NCBI GenBank assembly: GCA_038064415.1
Contig: JBBTTD010000002.1
Span: 8,865-72,864 of the forward strand
Direction: 5' to 3'
Length of the DNA: 64,000 nucleotides
Origin: Patescibacteria group bacterium
GTDB taxonomy: Bacteria; Patescibacteriota; Minisyncoccia; Phycocordibacterales; PALSA-1337
In this document: in pieces, positions 28,969 through 39,051 of the stretch
Numbering within the stretch: the stretch's first letter is position 1
Layout: each line of letters opens with the position of its first letter
The notes under the pieces: generated by a model
What the model saw: the letters and a program-made list of their open reading frames with translations, nothing else
Told to the model about the DNA's origin: nothing
Databases searched by the model: none
Program-made: the position numbers and the translations under genes

Positions 28969-29954
28969 TGTATAATTCAAGAATGATATCTATGGATAAT
29001 ACCATTAAAACTCCAATTGCTTTCTTTGTTTTTAATAGACCAAATATAACCCAGAAGGTTTTTAATGAAATAAGAAAAGCGAAACCCGAAAAACTTTTCC
29101 TCGTTGCCGACGGACCTCGAAATCAGGCAGAAAAACAAAAGTGTGATGACGTTAAAAAAATAATTGGAAATGTAGATTGGAAATGCGAAGTCTATAAAAA
29201 TTATTCAGTTATCAATATGGGGTGTGATCCGCGAATTGCTTCTGGCATAAATTGGGTATTTCAAAATACAGACAGAGCAATATTCCTTGAAGATGATTGC
29301 TTTCCCAATCAATCGTTTTTTCGATTTTGTGATGAATTGCTAGAAAAATATAAGGACGACAAAGAAATTATGCACATAAGCGGAGATAATTTCCAGACTG
29401 GAAACAAGAAATTCAAATGTAAAGAAGATTATTATTTCTCAACGATATCGCAAAGTTGGGGGTGGGCGACATGGAAAAGGTCTTGGAATCTTTATGATAA
29501 AGATTTAAAAAGATGGCCTGAAGCAAAAAAATCCAACTTATTAGGTAAAATCTTTGACGACAAGGCATATGCAGATTATTGGGAAAATTTACTTCAGAAA
29601 TTCTACGAGAGACAGAGAGTAAACTGGGATGGACGGTGGACATTCGCCTGTTTTGTTAATAGAGGATTATGTATAATGCCGAAAGTAAACCTTATCTCAA
29701 ACATCGGCTTTGGTGAAAGTGCTACTCATACGAAACAACAAAAACACAAATCTGCTAATCTTCCAACATATCCTATTGAGTTTCCGCTGACACATCCGGA
29801 TAAGAAAACAACTAACCAGATAGCCGACGATTATACTATGAAACAATTTTTTGGGGTAAACGAAAACTTAAAACAGACAATAAAATGGTGGCTTAAATCA
29901 ATGTTCCCTGCGCCATATCGGTATTTAAAAAATCTCCATTATAGAAATATATGA
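28968..29954 (+). CDS. Putative GT-A-fold glycosyltransferase / nucleotide-diphospho-sugar transferase-like protein
   Basis: 328 aa. The N-terminus IAFFVFNRPNITQKVFNEI...LFLVADGPR resembles GT-A-like transferases. Weak. Confidence 0.35.
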   Translation: MYNSRMISMDNTIKTPIAFFVFNRPNITQKVFNEIRKAKPEKLFLVADGPRNQAEKQKCDDVKKIIGNVDWKCEVYKNYSVINMGCDPRIASGINWVFQNTDRAIFLEDDCFPNQSFFRFCDELLEKYKDDKEIMHISGDNFQTGNKKFKCKEDYYFSTISQSWGWATWKRSWNLYDKDLKRWPEAKKSNLLGKIFDDKAYADYWENLLQKFYERQRVNWDGRWTFACFVNRGLCIMPKVNLISNIGFGESATHTKQQKHKSANLPTYPIEFPLTHPDKKTTNQIADDYTMKQFFGVNENLKQTIKWWLKSMFPAPYRYLKNLHYRNI

Positions 29955-30880
29955 AAAAAATAATTATCATCAGAAGCTCCGGCAATGAACTCGCAAATCA
30001 ATTATGGAACTATGCGAGCATATATGCTTATTCTCTTGAGAAAAAATATTCAATAGTTAATTCATCATTTTTTGAATATGGAGAATATTTTAATTTTAAA
30101 TCCGCGCCAAATTTATTATTCAGAATCATGTTTTTTAGACCATTTAGAAATTACACAAAAAGAAAAACCGCGATTAAAAGGAGGGTTTGGAGAAAAATGT
30201 ATTCTTGGTATTCTATGATTGTGTTATTTTTAAATAAAAAAAATACTGTCACAACTGCGAATGAAGTATGCTATTTACCACCGACAAAGCAACCAGATTT
30301 TAAATTGAAAATGTTGGAAAATTCTAATGATGACATATACCTTGATGGTTGGCTTTTCAGAAATCCAATCGGTCTCGAAAAATTTAGAAAAGAAATTAAA
30401 AAAACTTTTATACCTAGAAAGGATGTGCGGATCACGGTAGAATCAACGATTGGAAAAATTAGATCTGATTATAATAAAATTGTCGGATTACACATTCGCC
30501 AAGGAGATTATATGACATGGAGAAATGGTGATTATTTTATTGAACAAAAAAGAGTTCGAGAAATAATTGACGAATTCATCTCAAATTTTAATATAGATAA
30601 AAACAAAACTTGTTTTTTGATAGCCTCGGATGGTCCGATTGATAAAGAAATATTCTTTGATCTGAACATTTTTATAAGCAAAAACAATGCGGTAACTGAT
30701 CTTTATCTGCTTTCATGTACAGATGCGATAATAGGGTCAAATAGCACCTTTGGTGCCTTTGCTTCATATTATGGCAATGTCCCACTTATAGTTATGCAAA
30801 AAGATCCTATGGATTGGCAATATTATAGTGGTAGGCAGAAGTATTTTGAAAATAAATACTCTACCTTCGTTCAATATTAG
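29951..30880 (+). CDS. Divergent glycosyltransferase family 11-like (second fucosyl/colitosyl-transferase-type)
   Basis: Parallels the GT11 motifs: SSGNELANQLWNYASIYAYS (vs GGLGNQLFQYAFA), HIRQGDY (vs HVRRTDY), LIASDGP, IIGSNSTFGAFASYYG. Confidence 0.55.
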   Translation: MKKIIIIRSSGNELANQLWNYASIYAYSLEKKYSIVNSSFFEYGEYFNFKSAPNLLFRIMFFRPFRNYTKRKTAIKRRVWRKMYSWYSMIVLFLNKKNTVTTANEVCYLPPTKQPDFKLKMLENSNDDIYLDGWLFRNPIGLEKFRKEIKKTFIPRKDVRITVESTIGKIRSDYNKIVGLHIRQGDYMTWRNGDYFIEQKRVREIIDEFISNFNIDKNKTCFLIASDGPIDKEIFFDLNIFISKNNAVTDLYLLSCTDAIIGSNSTFGAFASYYGNVPLIVMQKDPMDWQYYSGRQKYFENKYSTFVQY

Positions 30881-30884
30881 CTCT

Positions 30885-31640
30885 CTATTTCCTTATTGCA
30901 AGAAAATTAGTAGTAAATAAGAGCTTATTTATCTTGTCCTCACTTTCTATTCTATATAAACCATCTTTCAGAATTCTATAGATCTTATATTCAAAAAGAA
31001 AGTTAAAAATGTCTCTGAAATAAGTCCGCGAATCCCTGTTTGATATGCTAATTTCAAATTGGATATATTTTATATTTTGAAGCATTTTTTTTGCTCCCCG
31101 AAGACAAGCGAGCTCATTACCTTCTACATCAAGTTTAAGAAATGTTATCACGCTTATTCCCTGCTCATGACAAAAAGAGTCAATGGTCTGAACTTTTACA
31201 TCTTCTGAAGTTACAGATTTTTTAGTCCCTATATGCAAAGAAGCTACACCTCTAACATTATCTGGATAGTAGAGCTTGCCTTCCCCATTATAATCACTCA
31301 AAGCTTTATTTATGATTGTAGCTTTTTTACCAAAAGCCTCCTCTAGAGGCCTATAATCCCTTAGGCAGGGTTCAAAGGCATAGATACGTGCCTTGCCTTT
31401 ACCCTGCGTAGCTTTGATTACTTCTTCGAGGTAATATCCACCTTGCGCGCCAACATCAAATACGATAGGTTCAATTTCCTTATCTAATACATGGTGAATA
31501 GCAAACAATTCGCCTGTTTTTTCAAGACCCTGTCCTCCTGTTCCTATATTCATACCTTCAATGGAAAGAAAGAAAAGTTTTTGAAAAAACTTTTGACAGA
31601 ATTTTTTGCCAAAGAATAGTTTTTTGAAAATTTTGTTCAT
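30885..31640 (-). CDS. FkbM-family methyltransferase
   Basis: 251 aa. FDVGAQGGYY...ARIYAFEP and FLKLDVEGNE are typical of FkbM-domain methyltransferases. Confidence 0.75.
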   Translation of the reverse strand: MNKIFKKLFFGKKFCQKFFQKLFFLSIEGMNIGTGGQGLEKTGELFAIHHVLDKEIEPIVFDVGAQGGYYLEEVIKATQGKGKARIYAFEPCLRDYRPLEEAFGKKATIINKALSDYNGEGKLYYPDNVRGVASLHIGTKKSVTSEDVKVQTIDSFCHEQGISVITFLKLDVEGNELACLRGAKKMLQNIKYIQFEISISNRDSRTYFRDIFNFLFEYKIYRILKDGLYRIESEDKINKLLFTTNFLAIRK

Positions 31641-31651
31641 TATAGAATATA

Positions 31652-33214
31652 CTAATTACCCTTCTTCCTCCCCAAAATATACAAATGAGTTGCAACTACT
31701 TCCGATCCTGGAATATATATGAAAAGATAATCAAGGTATTTGATTGGCCCCAGAACTAACATGAATACATGCGCTAAAAATGGAGCAGTTTTCCTTGAGT
31801 TAAAAGAGAAAATGACTCCAAGCCAATAAGCCATGAACATCAACAATGTAGACCATGGGCCGGAACGCACACCAGATTCAACGATTTTAAGGTCTCTGAA
31901 CATATATTTTAGCCCGCTCATAGTCCAACGATTGAAATCGTCAGGCGAGGCGTGATATGGATGCATGAACGGTGCACTTACATAAATATAACCACCTGGC
32001 TTAACTATCCTCACCATTTCCCTAGCTACCTTATGCGCATCTGGAACATGCTCAAATAGTGATTCTGAAACTGTAGCATCAACTGTATTATCTTTGAATG
32101 GTAGCTGTGTCGCATCGGATACAATATCAACTTCGGGAAAAGGAAAAATATCTACATTGATAAATTCTTTTCCGAGACGCTCTGGACCAGATCCAATATC
32201 AATAATGATCGATCCTTTGGGAACTTTTCTAAGAATCATCCTTGGACCATTTACAAGCATCATAACAGGACAAAAAATGTGCCAAATAGAATAGTACAAT
32301 CTTGGAAACTGCTTTAGGAAAGATTTGAGCCAGTTCACGCCAGACTCATGCTGAGTTCTATTTTTTTCATAAACTTGTTTTTCAATCAAGATCGGCCTTT
32401 GAGATTCGTCAGTAATGAAAAATCCGTGCTGTCTGCATTGATAGACATTTTTAATCTTTAAAAAAGATTCTTTGCAAAAGGGGCAGCAAACTATTCGTGA
32501 ATAGTCCCCCACAACACGAATTTTAGGCTTTTTTATATTTATAAGCTTATCAGCAATAAGAAGTTGTATCGCTCTGAAACCATCACGATAGCGGATCTTC
32601 TTGCCATGCTTGGCATCACGAGGTGTATGAGAGATTGGCACTTCACAAATAGTGAAACCTCCACGCAAAACAGCGGCGGTAAATAGTAATTCCGCTTCAA
32701 ATCTGCCCGACACAAAATATTTTTTCGCTTCCTGGGGAAAAAACTTGTAGCAAGTCCATACATCAGTAAGATTTGTCCCATAAAGAATATTTATTAGTTT
32801 TGTGATCATCCAGACGCCTAAACGCTGGAAATAGAAATTTTCTCTTTTTGCATGATATATATTTCGTGAACCATATACAACAATTCCCTTTCTTTCTTCT
32901 AAAGCTTCTATGAAGATGGGAAACTCATTCGGATTGTATTCTAGATCTGCGTCTTGAATGATGATGTAGTCTCCCGTGGCTTGTTCTAAACCCATCTTAA
33001 CTGCGGAACCCTTACCACTATTTCTTTCTAGTCGAAAAACTTTCAGTCTGTTTCCATATTGCTTCAAAATATCTTGAGTGTCATCGGTAGAAGCATCATC
33101 AACTACAATTATCTCCTTATCCCAGGGAGTTATCTTAACACCTATAACGCAGTCTATAAGCTCTTGAAGGGTGTATGCCTCGTTATAACATGGAATTATT
33201 ATTGAAAGCTTCAT
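31652..33214 (-). CDS. Fusion protein: N-terminal GT2 (DPM1/GtrB-like polyprenyl-phosphate glycosyltransferase) plus C-terminal class I SAM methyltransferase domain
   Basis: N-terminus LSIIIPCYNEAYTLQELIDCV...VVDDASTDDT...IQDADLEY. C-terminal ~200 aa contain IIDIGSGPERLG...VDATVSESLFEHVPD (methyltransferase type 11) followed by a hydrophobic C-terminal segment. Confidence 0.75.
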   Translation of the reverse strand: MKLSIIIPCYNEAYTLQELIDCVIGVKITPWDKEIIVVDDASTDDTQDILKQYGNRLKVFRLERNSGKGSAVKMGLEQATGDYIIIQDADLEYNPNEFPIFIEALEERKGIVVYGSRNIYHAKRENFYFQRLGVWMITKLINILYGTNLTDVWTCYKFFPQEAKKYFVSGRFEAELLFTAAVLRGGFTICEVPISHTPRDAKHGKKIRYRDGFRAIQLLIADKLINIKKPKIRVVGDYSRIVCCPFCKESFLKIKNVYQCRQHGFFITDESQRPILIEKQVYEKNRTQHESGVNWLKSFLKQFPRLYYSIWHIFCPVMMLVNGPRMILRKVPKGSIIIDIGSGPERLGKEFINVDIFPFPEVDIVSDATQLPFKDNTVDATVSESLFEHVPDAHKVAREMVRIVKPGGYIYVSAPFMHPYHASPDDFNRWTMSGLKYMFRDLKIVESGVRSGPWSTLLMFMAYWLGVIFSFNSRKTAPFLAHVFMLVLGPIKYLDYLFIYIPGSEVVATHLYILGRKKGN

Positions 33215-34601
33215 TTTTTTTCAATTTACTGAGTATAGACGACGACAGGCCTAAAAGTCCATAGACTGCAAAAGCAAATATAAAAACTTCTACTGGTATC
33301 TTGAATCTAGCATTCACGCCAAAACCATTTATGGCAGTAGTAGCGGCAAAGTATCCCACCACAGCTATACTAAAAAGTATCTCTGTTTTTAGCCAACCTC
33401 GTCTACATAGAGAACGAAATACCCCTATAAACGCCAAAATAGCTATAATAAACCAAGCTATTCTCGCAAAAACAATAAGAATAATTGGACTTCCAAATGA
33501 GGAGCGAATAAAAGATATGAACCCGGCCGGATCGGCAATTATCATCCCAAGTGCTGGTTTTTGAAAAGTATTTACCAATGGAACGCCAGCATATCCAAAT
33601 ATGTTCAGCAAACCATCGTGAGTAAAAAATGTAACAACAGTTGTAAATAGCGAAATTAAAAGTTCTTTTGGATGTTTTTTCAAGACCGCTAGTGCAAGTC
33701 TGGTAATTTCCTTGGAGTTTGAAAGATTGATAGTACTTTCATCAAAACCATCCTTTCTCACGAATGCTAACCATTCCGTTTTAAAATCAGTCTTATTTTC
33801 TATTGCCAAAACTGTTGGCACAAGATAAACGTAAAGATTGAAAGCTGGCTGCGCACTCATACCCCACACTCCAAATTCTGACTTATTTCTATAAAGCCAA
33901 GAAGATATGATTAAACAGAATAGAATAATAAATATTCCCGTATGAACAAAAACTTTTTTTGAAAGATTTCGCCTTGAGTGAAATATAAGTAATGCTACAA
34001 CAACAACTGGTAAATATTGAATTGTTGGTTTGATAAGTGTCGCTAATCCAAAAAATACCGAAAACCAAACTATATTCCTCATTGTTGCATCTTTAAAATA
34101 CTTAAGGAGAAAAATAATTGAGATAAGAAAAAAGAAAGTAAAAGATGTCTCTGTATAAAATATAAATGACAGAAATATTGCATACGGTTCAATTGCCATA
34201 AGAACACCTGTTGCTGTGATAACGCGTCTATCACCAAAAATAAAACGTACGATTTTCATACCAATAATTGGTATGAAACTACCCATGATAATCTCAAAAA
34301 ATGCCACAGCCCAATAGCTCTTGAACAATAATAGTATTCCCGCGATTAGAAATGGCCATACAGGTGGACGTAGAGGATTAGGAGCAAAGACACCTTGTGT
34401 ATTTATTGAACCGAAACCGTTTCCATCAACAAGACTTTTGCTAATTTCGTAATAACCATCATCACCTCTGATCGTTGGCACAATATCAAAATTATTGTGA
34501 GTGAAATTAATTGAAAATAAGACTATGCGTAAAACAAGAGCAAGGAGAAATATTATACACTCCGCTTTGTGGTTTTTTAAAAAAATCTTGAAGTTAGTCA
34601 T
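33183..34601 (-). CDS. GT-C fold membrane glycosyltransferase (GT39/GT83 ArnT/PMT-like)
   Basis: 472 aa with ~11 TM helices. The N-terminal lumenal-loop motif RGDDGYY after TM1 is typical of the PMT/ArnT family. Confidence 0.55.
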   Translation of the reverse strand: MTNFKIFLKNHKAECIIFLLALVLRIVLFSINFTHNNFDIVPTIRGDDGYYEISKSLVDGNGFGSINTQGVFAPNPLRPPVWPFLIAGILLLFKSYWAVAFFEIIMGSFIPIIGMKIVRFIFGDRRVITATGVLMAIEPYAIFLSFIFYTETSFTFFFLISIIFLLKYFKDATMRNIVWFSVFFGLATLIKPTIQYLPVVVVALLIFHSRRNLSKKVFVHTGIFIILFCLIISSWLYRNKSEFGVWGMSAQPAFNLYVYLVPTVLAIENKTDFKTEWLAFVRKDGFDESTINLSNSKEITRLALAVLKKHPKELLISLFTTVVTFFTHDGLLNIFGYAGVPLVNTFQKPALGMIIADPAGFISFIRSSFGSPIILIVFARIAWFIIAILAFIGVFRSLCRRGWLKTEILFSIAVVGYFAATTAINGFGVNARFKIPVEVFIFAFAVYGLLGLSSSILSKLKKNEAFNNNSML

Positions 34602-35734
34602 GAAATAAAAGAAAGTATTGATCTAGCTCTGGATGCCCAAGTAAAACTTTGTACGACTTGTAGTGCCCGCCGTGAAAGACTATCACTAACAGTACTATCC
34701 ATACAAATTCTACTAATTGCGTCTGCCAAAATTTTTGGACTATCTGGCTCCACCAACACTACACATGAATCATCAACAATTTCCATAATTGAGGGAATTC
34801 TTGAGGCAATTATAGGTCTTGAGCTTGCCATATATTCAAAAAGCTTCATCGGGGAAGTATAAAAAGTGGAAATATTTTCCTTTGCTGTATTTGGAATAAT
34901 CAAAACATCACCCGCTTTTTGCCAAACTGGGATTTCATCGTGCTTCCTATACCCTGCTATCATTACTTTTTTATCATTACCAAACTTATCTTTAAACAAT
35001 TTTATATCTTTCTCCGTTCCACCAACGAATACTATCAAAAAATCATTCGGGAGAAGCAAAGCGGCTTCAGCCAATATATCAACACCTTTCCAACCATAAA
35101 GATGACCAGTATACACTACGATGTGTTTGTCGATCGGCAATCCAAGTTGCTTACGAGCCTCAATCTTCGTCAACTGAATATCAAACTTTTTTATATCAAC
35201 AGCATTAGGAATTGAAATTATTTTTTTAGAAGAAACACTAAAATCAGTCTCTAGTTTATCTTTCTTCCACTTATTATGAGCAAGGATATACTTGACTCTT
35301 GAGAAAAATTTTATATAAAACCAGTACGCACTTTCTGGAAAATCATGTAATTCATAAAATGTTCTAGGAAATAAGAAAGTGGCAAAGAAAATCGGCATCC
35401 ATTCATTGGAATATATGATGTCGTCCTTTTTTGCTTTAAAAATAATAAAAACCAAAGAAAAAAACGAGAATGAAAGAAAACTCACAAAAAATGCAAGTTT
35501 TGAAAGCAGTGGAATAAAAAAAATGTCAATTATTGGAACATAAGTAATTTTGAAATTACTTTTAACTCCGTAAAATTCATATGCATTTTCCTTTTTTCTC
35601 CCAATTCTCCTCGGGACTATCAAAGTCACATCCACACCTTCATCAGCAAAAGACTCAGCGCTTTTCGCAGCAAACAAGGAAGCGGCCTTTTCACTTGGAA
35701 ACCTGCCGTGAAATAATAAGAATAGTCTGGTCAT
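34598..35734 (-). CDS. Glycosyltransferase family 4 (GT-B)
   Basis: Trimmed to Met36 (MTRLFLLFHGRFPSEKAAS, ATG at 35734). C-terminal E-x7-E-type GT4 region, with N-terminal hydrophobic stretches. Confidence 0.7.
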   Translation of the reverse strand: MTRLFLLFHGRFPSEKAASLFAAKSAESFADEGVDVTLIVPRRIGRKKENAYEFYGVKSNFKITYVPIIDIFFIPLLSKLAFFVSFLSFSFFSLVFIIFKAKKDDIIYSNEWMPIFFATFLFPRTFYELHDFPESAYWFYIKFFSRVKYILAHNKWKKDKLETDFSVSSKKIISIPNAVDIKKFDIQLTKIEARKQLGLPIDKHIVVYTGHLYGWKGVDILAEAALLLPNDFLIVFVGGTEKDIKLFKDKFGNDKKVMIAGYRKHDEIPVWQKAGDVLIIPNTAKENISTFYTSPMKLFEYMASSRPIIASRIPSIMEIVDDSCVVLVEPDSPKILADAISRICMDSTVSDSLSRRALQVVQSFTWASRARSILSFIS

Positions 35735-35788
35735 GGTTAGGCAATTGGGGTATAGTGTAGCAAATTTGATGATATAATTGAAGCCAAA

Positions 35789-36835
35789 ATGAAATTCGCA
35801 TATGTAAATACTCAAAATATTTTTCCGCATGATATCCATCTAATTGATGGTTTGAGACAGTTGGGACATGAGGTCAATGAAATATGTGAAAAGGGCACAG
35901 GGATCAAAAAGTATCTAAACTTAGCCAGAAAAATCCGTACATACAATAAATCAGTAAATGCCATCTTTGTTGGGTACACATCTCCTCTTTTTGTGCCAAT
36001 TGTCAAACTAATGTCACAGCATCCAATTATTTTCAACGCGGCTTCATCTCAATATGAAGCAAATGTAGTCTCAAGAGAAGAAGAATCATTTGGAATATTC
36101 AAGACAATAAAATGGCTAGCTATAGATTTTTTTTCATTTCATTTTTCTGACAAAATTTTACTTGAAAGCAATGAGCAAATAAAATATATTAAAAAAACTT
36201 TTTTTGTCTCAAAAAAGAAACTTATTAGATCATGGACTGGGCTTAATGAAAGTGAGTTCTTCTTTGATTCTAGTATTACTAAAAGGGTTGACTTCACCGT
36301 ACTATTCAGAGGAAGATTCTTGCCAGAATCAGGTATTCTCACAGTTATACAGGCCGCGAAAATACTTGAAAACCAAGACATTAAATTTTTGATAATTGGT
36401 CATGGTTATTTATATAGAAAAGTAAATGCAATGATGGCGGAACTCTCTCCGAAAAATCTGCAGATGCTGAACAATAAATTATCAATTCAAGAATTGCGAA
36501 ATCTTATGCTCTCCTGTCATATAAGTTTGGGCCAACTTGCAAACCACCCAAGACTTGATCGTACACTCCCCTGTAAACTTTTTGAAAGTCTGGCACTCAA
36601 GCTTCCATATTTGACTGGAAGAAATAAGGCAGCACTGAAACTTCTAACTGAGAATAAATCTTGTATATGTGTGAACCCCGGTGATGAGCAAGATTTAGCT
36701 AAAAAAATTTTAGAAATGAGAAACAACCCAATTAGATTAGAGACTATTGGAAATAGTGGATATGAATTATATAAAAATGAACTAACATCAAAAAAACTAG
36801 CAGAAAAAATCATTGCTGAATGTTTTAAAAAATAA
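35789..36835 (+). CDS. Glycosyltransferase family 4 (GT-B)
   Basis: 348 aa with a GT1/GT4 C-terminal domain (FLIIGHGYLYRKV...CKLFESLALKLP). Confidence 0.7.
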   Translation: MKFAYVNTQNIFPHDIHLIDGLRQLGHEVNEICEKGTGIKKYLNLARKIRTYNKSVNAIFVGYTSPLFVPIVKLMSQHPIIFNAASSQYEANVVSREEESFGIFKTIKWLAIDFFSFHFSDKILLESNEQIKYIKKTFFVSKKKLIRSWTGLNESEFFFDSSITKRVDFTVLFRGRFLPESGILTVIQAAKILENQDIKFLIIGHGYLYRKVNAMMAELSPKNLQMLNNKLSIQELRNLMLSCHISLGQLANHPRLDRTLPCKLFESLALKLPYLTGRNKAALKLLTENKSCICVNPGDEQDLAKKILEMRNNPIRLETIGNSGYELYKNELTSKKLAEKIIAECFKK

Positions 36836-36837
36836 AA

Positions 36838-38004
36838 ATGAAAATATTAGTCATTGGAACAATAGATAATAAAGGCGGTGCGGCCCAGATATCATGGGAG
36901 CTTCGGAATAGACTAAAAACTGATGGGCATACAGTAAATACTTTTGTTAGATACAAATATTCAAACGAACCTGATGTATTTGTTATACCGAGAAAACGCT
37001 ATCAGGATTGGTTGGTAAAAATTTTCGCCAATGACCTTATTTTTGCGGGATCAAGTTTTATTTTAAACTCAAAAGAATACAAAGGGGCAGACATTATCCA
37101 TTGTCACAACCTTCACAGTAATTTTTTTAACCTCAAAGACCTTATTAGAATGTCTAAGGAAAAACCAATTATTTGGACACTTCACGATATATGGGCAATT
37201 ACTGGATTTGCCAGTGATAGCACAACACTGAAAAAACCAAACAAAAAAAGATTTCTTTTGTATTTCTGGGACAATACAAGACATCTTTTGAAAGCAAAGA
37301 AAAAGATTTACGACAAGATAAAGATACACATTGTCGCAGTCTCTGAGTGGTTAAAAAATGAATTGGAAAACAGTATATTAAAGAACCAGAATATTTCAAG
37401 AATATATAATGGCGTAGACGTAGAAATATTCAAGCCAAGTGATAAAAATTTCGTAAGAAGAGAATTAGGACTACCTATTAATAAAAAGATAATTGCTTTA
37501 GGTATAAAGGGTTGGTTAGATTCTAGATCAATAATTGAAAGTTATAAAGACCAAAATGATATTTTCTTTTTAGCGATAGGCCATTCAAACATTGATACTA
37601 GCAATAAAAATTATGTATCTATAGGCTATATAGAAAAAAGGGAGCTTTTATCTAAATATCTTTCAGCTAGCGACATTTTCCTTTACCCAACTCAAGGTGA
37701 TACCTTTGGACTTATTTGCGCTCAATCGTCAGCGTGCGGTACACCAGTGGTAACTTATGATACTGATGCGTTACCTGAAATAATCTCTCATACTCAAACT
37801 GGTTATGTCGCTAAACGCGGAGATCTTGAGGATATTAGAGTCGGTATAGAGTATATACTAAATTTACCCTTAAATGACTATACAGCAATGTGTAGTAAGG
37901 TACGCCAAGTCGCAATAGAAAAATTTTCAAAAGAAAAGATGTATGCACAATATCTCAAGCTTTACAAAAAAATATTAGCTTCTAGAAAAATCAATATTTT
38001 GTAA
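36838..38004 (+). CDS. Glycosyltransferase family 4 (GT-B)
   Basis: 388 aa. N-terminus KILVIGTIDNKGGAAQ and C-terminus FLYPTQGDTFGLICAQSSACGTPVVTYD. Confidence 0.75.
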   Translation: MKILVIGTIDNKGGAAQISWELRNRLKTDGHTVNTFVRYKYSNEPDVFVIPRKRYQDWLVKIFANDLIFAGSSFILNSKEYKGADIIHCHNLHSNFFNLKDLIRMSKEKPIIWTLHDIWAITGFASDSTTLKKPNKKRFLLYFWDNTRHLLKAKKKIYDKIKIHIVAVSEWLKNELENSILKNQNISRIYNGVDVEIFKPSDKNFVRRELGLPINKKIIALGIKGWLDSRSIIESYKDQNDIFFLAIGHSNIDTSNKNYVSIGYIEKRELLSKYLSASDIFLYPTQGDTFGLICAQSSACGTPVVTYDTDALPEIISHTQTGYVAKRGDLEDIRVGIEYILNLPLNDYTAMCSKVRQVAIEKFSKEKMYAQYLKLYKKILASRKINIL

Positions 38005-38632
38005 TTTTGACCACAAATGACAAACTAAAAAGATTTGGCATGATTTTTGCAAAAAATTTCATCAAATATGAAATGACCGGTAATGATTCTAGAAAAGTGT
38101 TTGATCTAAAATCCGTGAATTTCACTTGAGAATGTAAACACATCAATTTGAGAACATTATAATTGAACCAATATACATGTCCTTTTTTTGGTCGATTATT
38201 TTCGGGAACTTTTCCAAATAATACTTGCAACCTTGATGGTAGAGAACTAAAGTTTGGTATACCAACAATAAGACTTTGCTTTGATACACGAACCGCTTCT
38301 TTAAACAGAGTTTCAGGATCATACAAATGCTCTAGTAAATCAAGCATAACAACAACATCAAAAGTATCATCTGAAAAAGGTAATTTATTACTAAAATCAA
38401 AAACGGAAGCGTTAATCCCTCTTGCACGAGCTTTGGATACGCCCTCTTCTGAAATATCCAGACCTTCACCTATTATTCCCTTGTCTTTAAGCATTGAAAG
38501 AAGCAATCCGTCACCACAACCGAGATCTAAAACTTTCCCAAAACCAATCATCTCAAGTGTGGCTCTGTGTCTAAATTCAAGTTTTTGATCATTATCAGAC
38601 CACCTTTTATTTTCAAAATTTTTTACACTCAT
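37991..38632 (-). CDS. Class I SAM-dependent methyltransferase
   Basis: Motif I VLDLGCGDGLL and motif II VVMLDLLEHLYDP. Confidence 0.7.
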   Translation of the reverse strand: MSVKNFENKRWSDNDQKLEFRHRATLEMIGFGKVLDLGCGDGLLLSMLKDKGIIGEGLDISEEGVSKARARGINASVFDFSNKLPFSDDTFDVVVMLDLLEHLYDPETLFKEAVRVSKQSLIVGIPNFSSLPSRLQVLFGKVPENNRPKKGHVYWFNYNVLKLMCLHSQVKFTDFRSNTFLESLPVISYLMKFFAKIMPNLFSLSFVVKITKY

Positions 38633-38634
38633 AT

Positions 38635-39051
38635 TTATTTTATTATTTCATCATTTTGTCTGAAAATAAAGTATCTGTATACAAAAAAACTTATTCCGGC
38701 AATAATTCCAATAGTCATTACCTGGGCAATGAGATACCAGATATGCAACAAACCGATAAATATATAAAGGAAAAAGGTCGTCATAATCATGCTTGAGGCA
38801 TATAGCATGCTATACATGATTATCTGCTTATGGACATTCAAACCACGATCTTTGAAGGCAAAAACTTTTTGGAGATAAAACCTCGCAAAAAATGAAACGG
38901 TGACGGATATTGCCGCAGATGGGATGTAATGTAAGCCAAACATTTGTATCATAAGCGAAAAAAGCAGTATGTCTATTGCGGAAGATAGACCTCCTGATAT
39001 TAAATATCTGATAACAAGATGCTTATCTAAAAATAACATAATCTTTTTCAT
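38635..39051 (-). CDS. gtrA: GtrA-family polysaccharide biosynthesis membrane protein (flippase-associated)
   Basis: 138 aa with 4 TM helices. LVIRYLISGGLSSAIDILLFSL is a GtrA-like signature. Confidence 0.75.
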   Translation of the reverse strand: MKKIMLFLDKHLVIRYLISGGLSSAIDILLFSLMIQMFGLHYIPSAAISVTVSFFARFYLQKVFAFKDRGLNVHKQIIMYSMLYASSMIMTTFFLYIFIGLLHIWYLIAQVMTIGIIAGISFFVYRYFIFRQNDEIIK

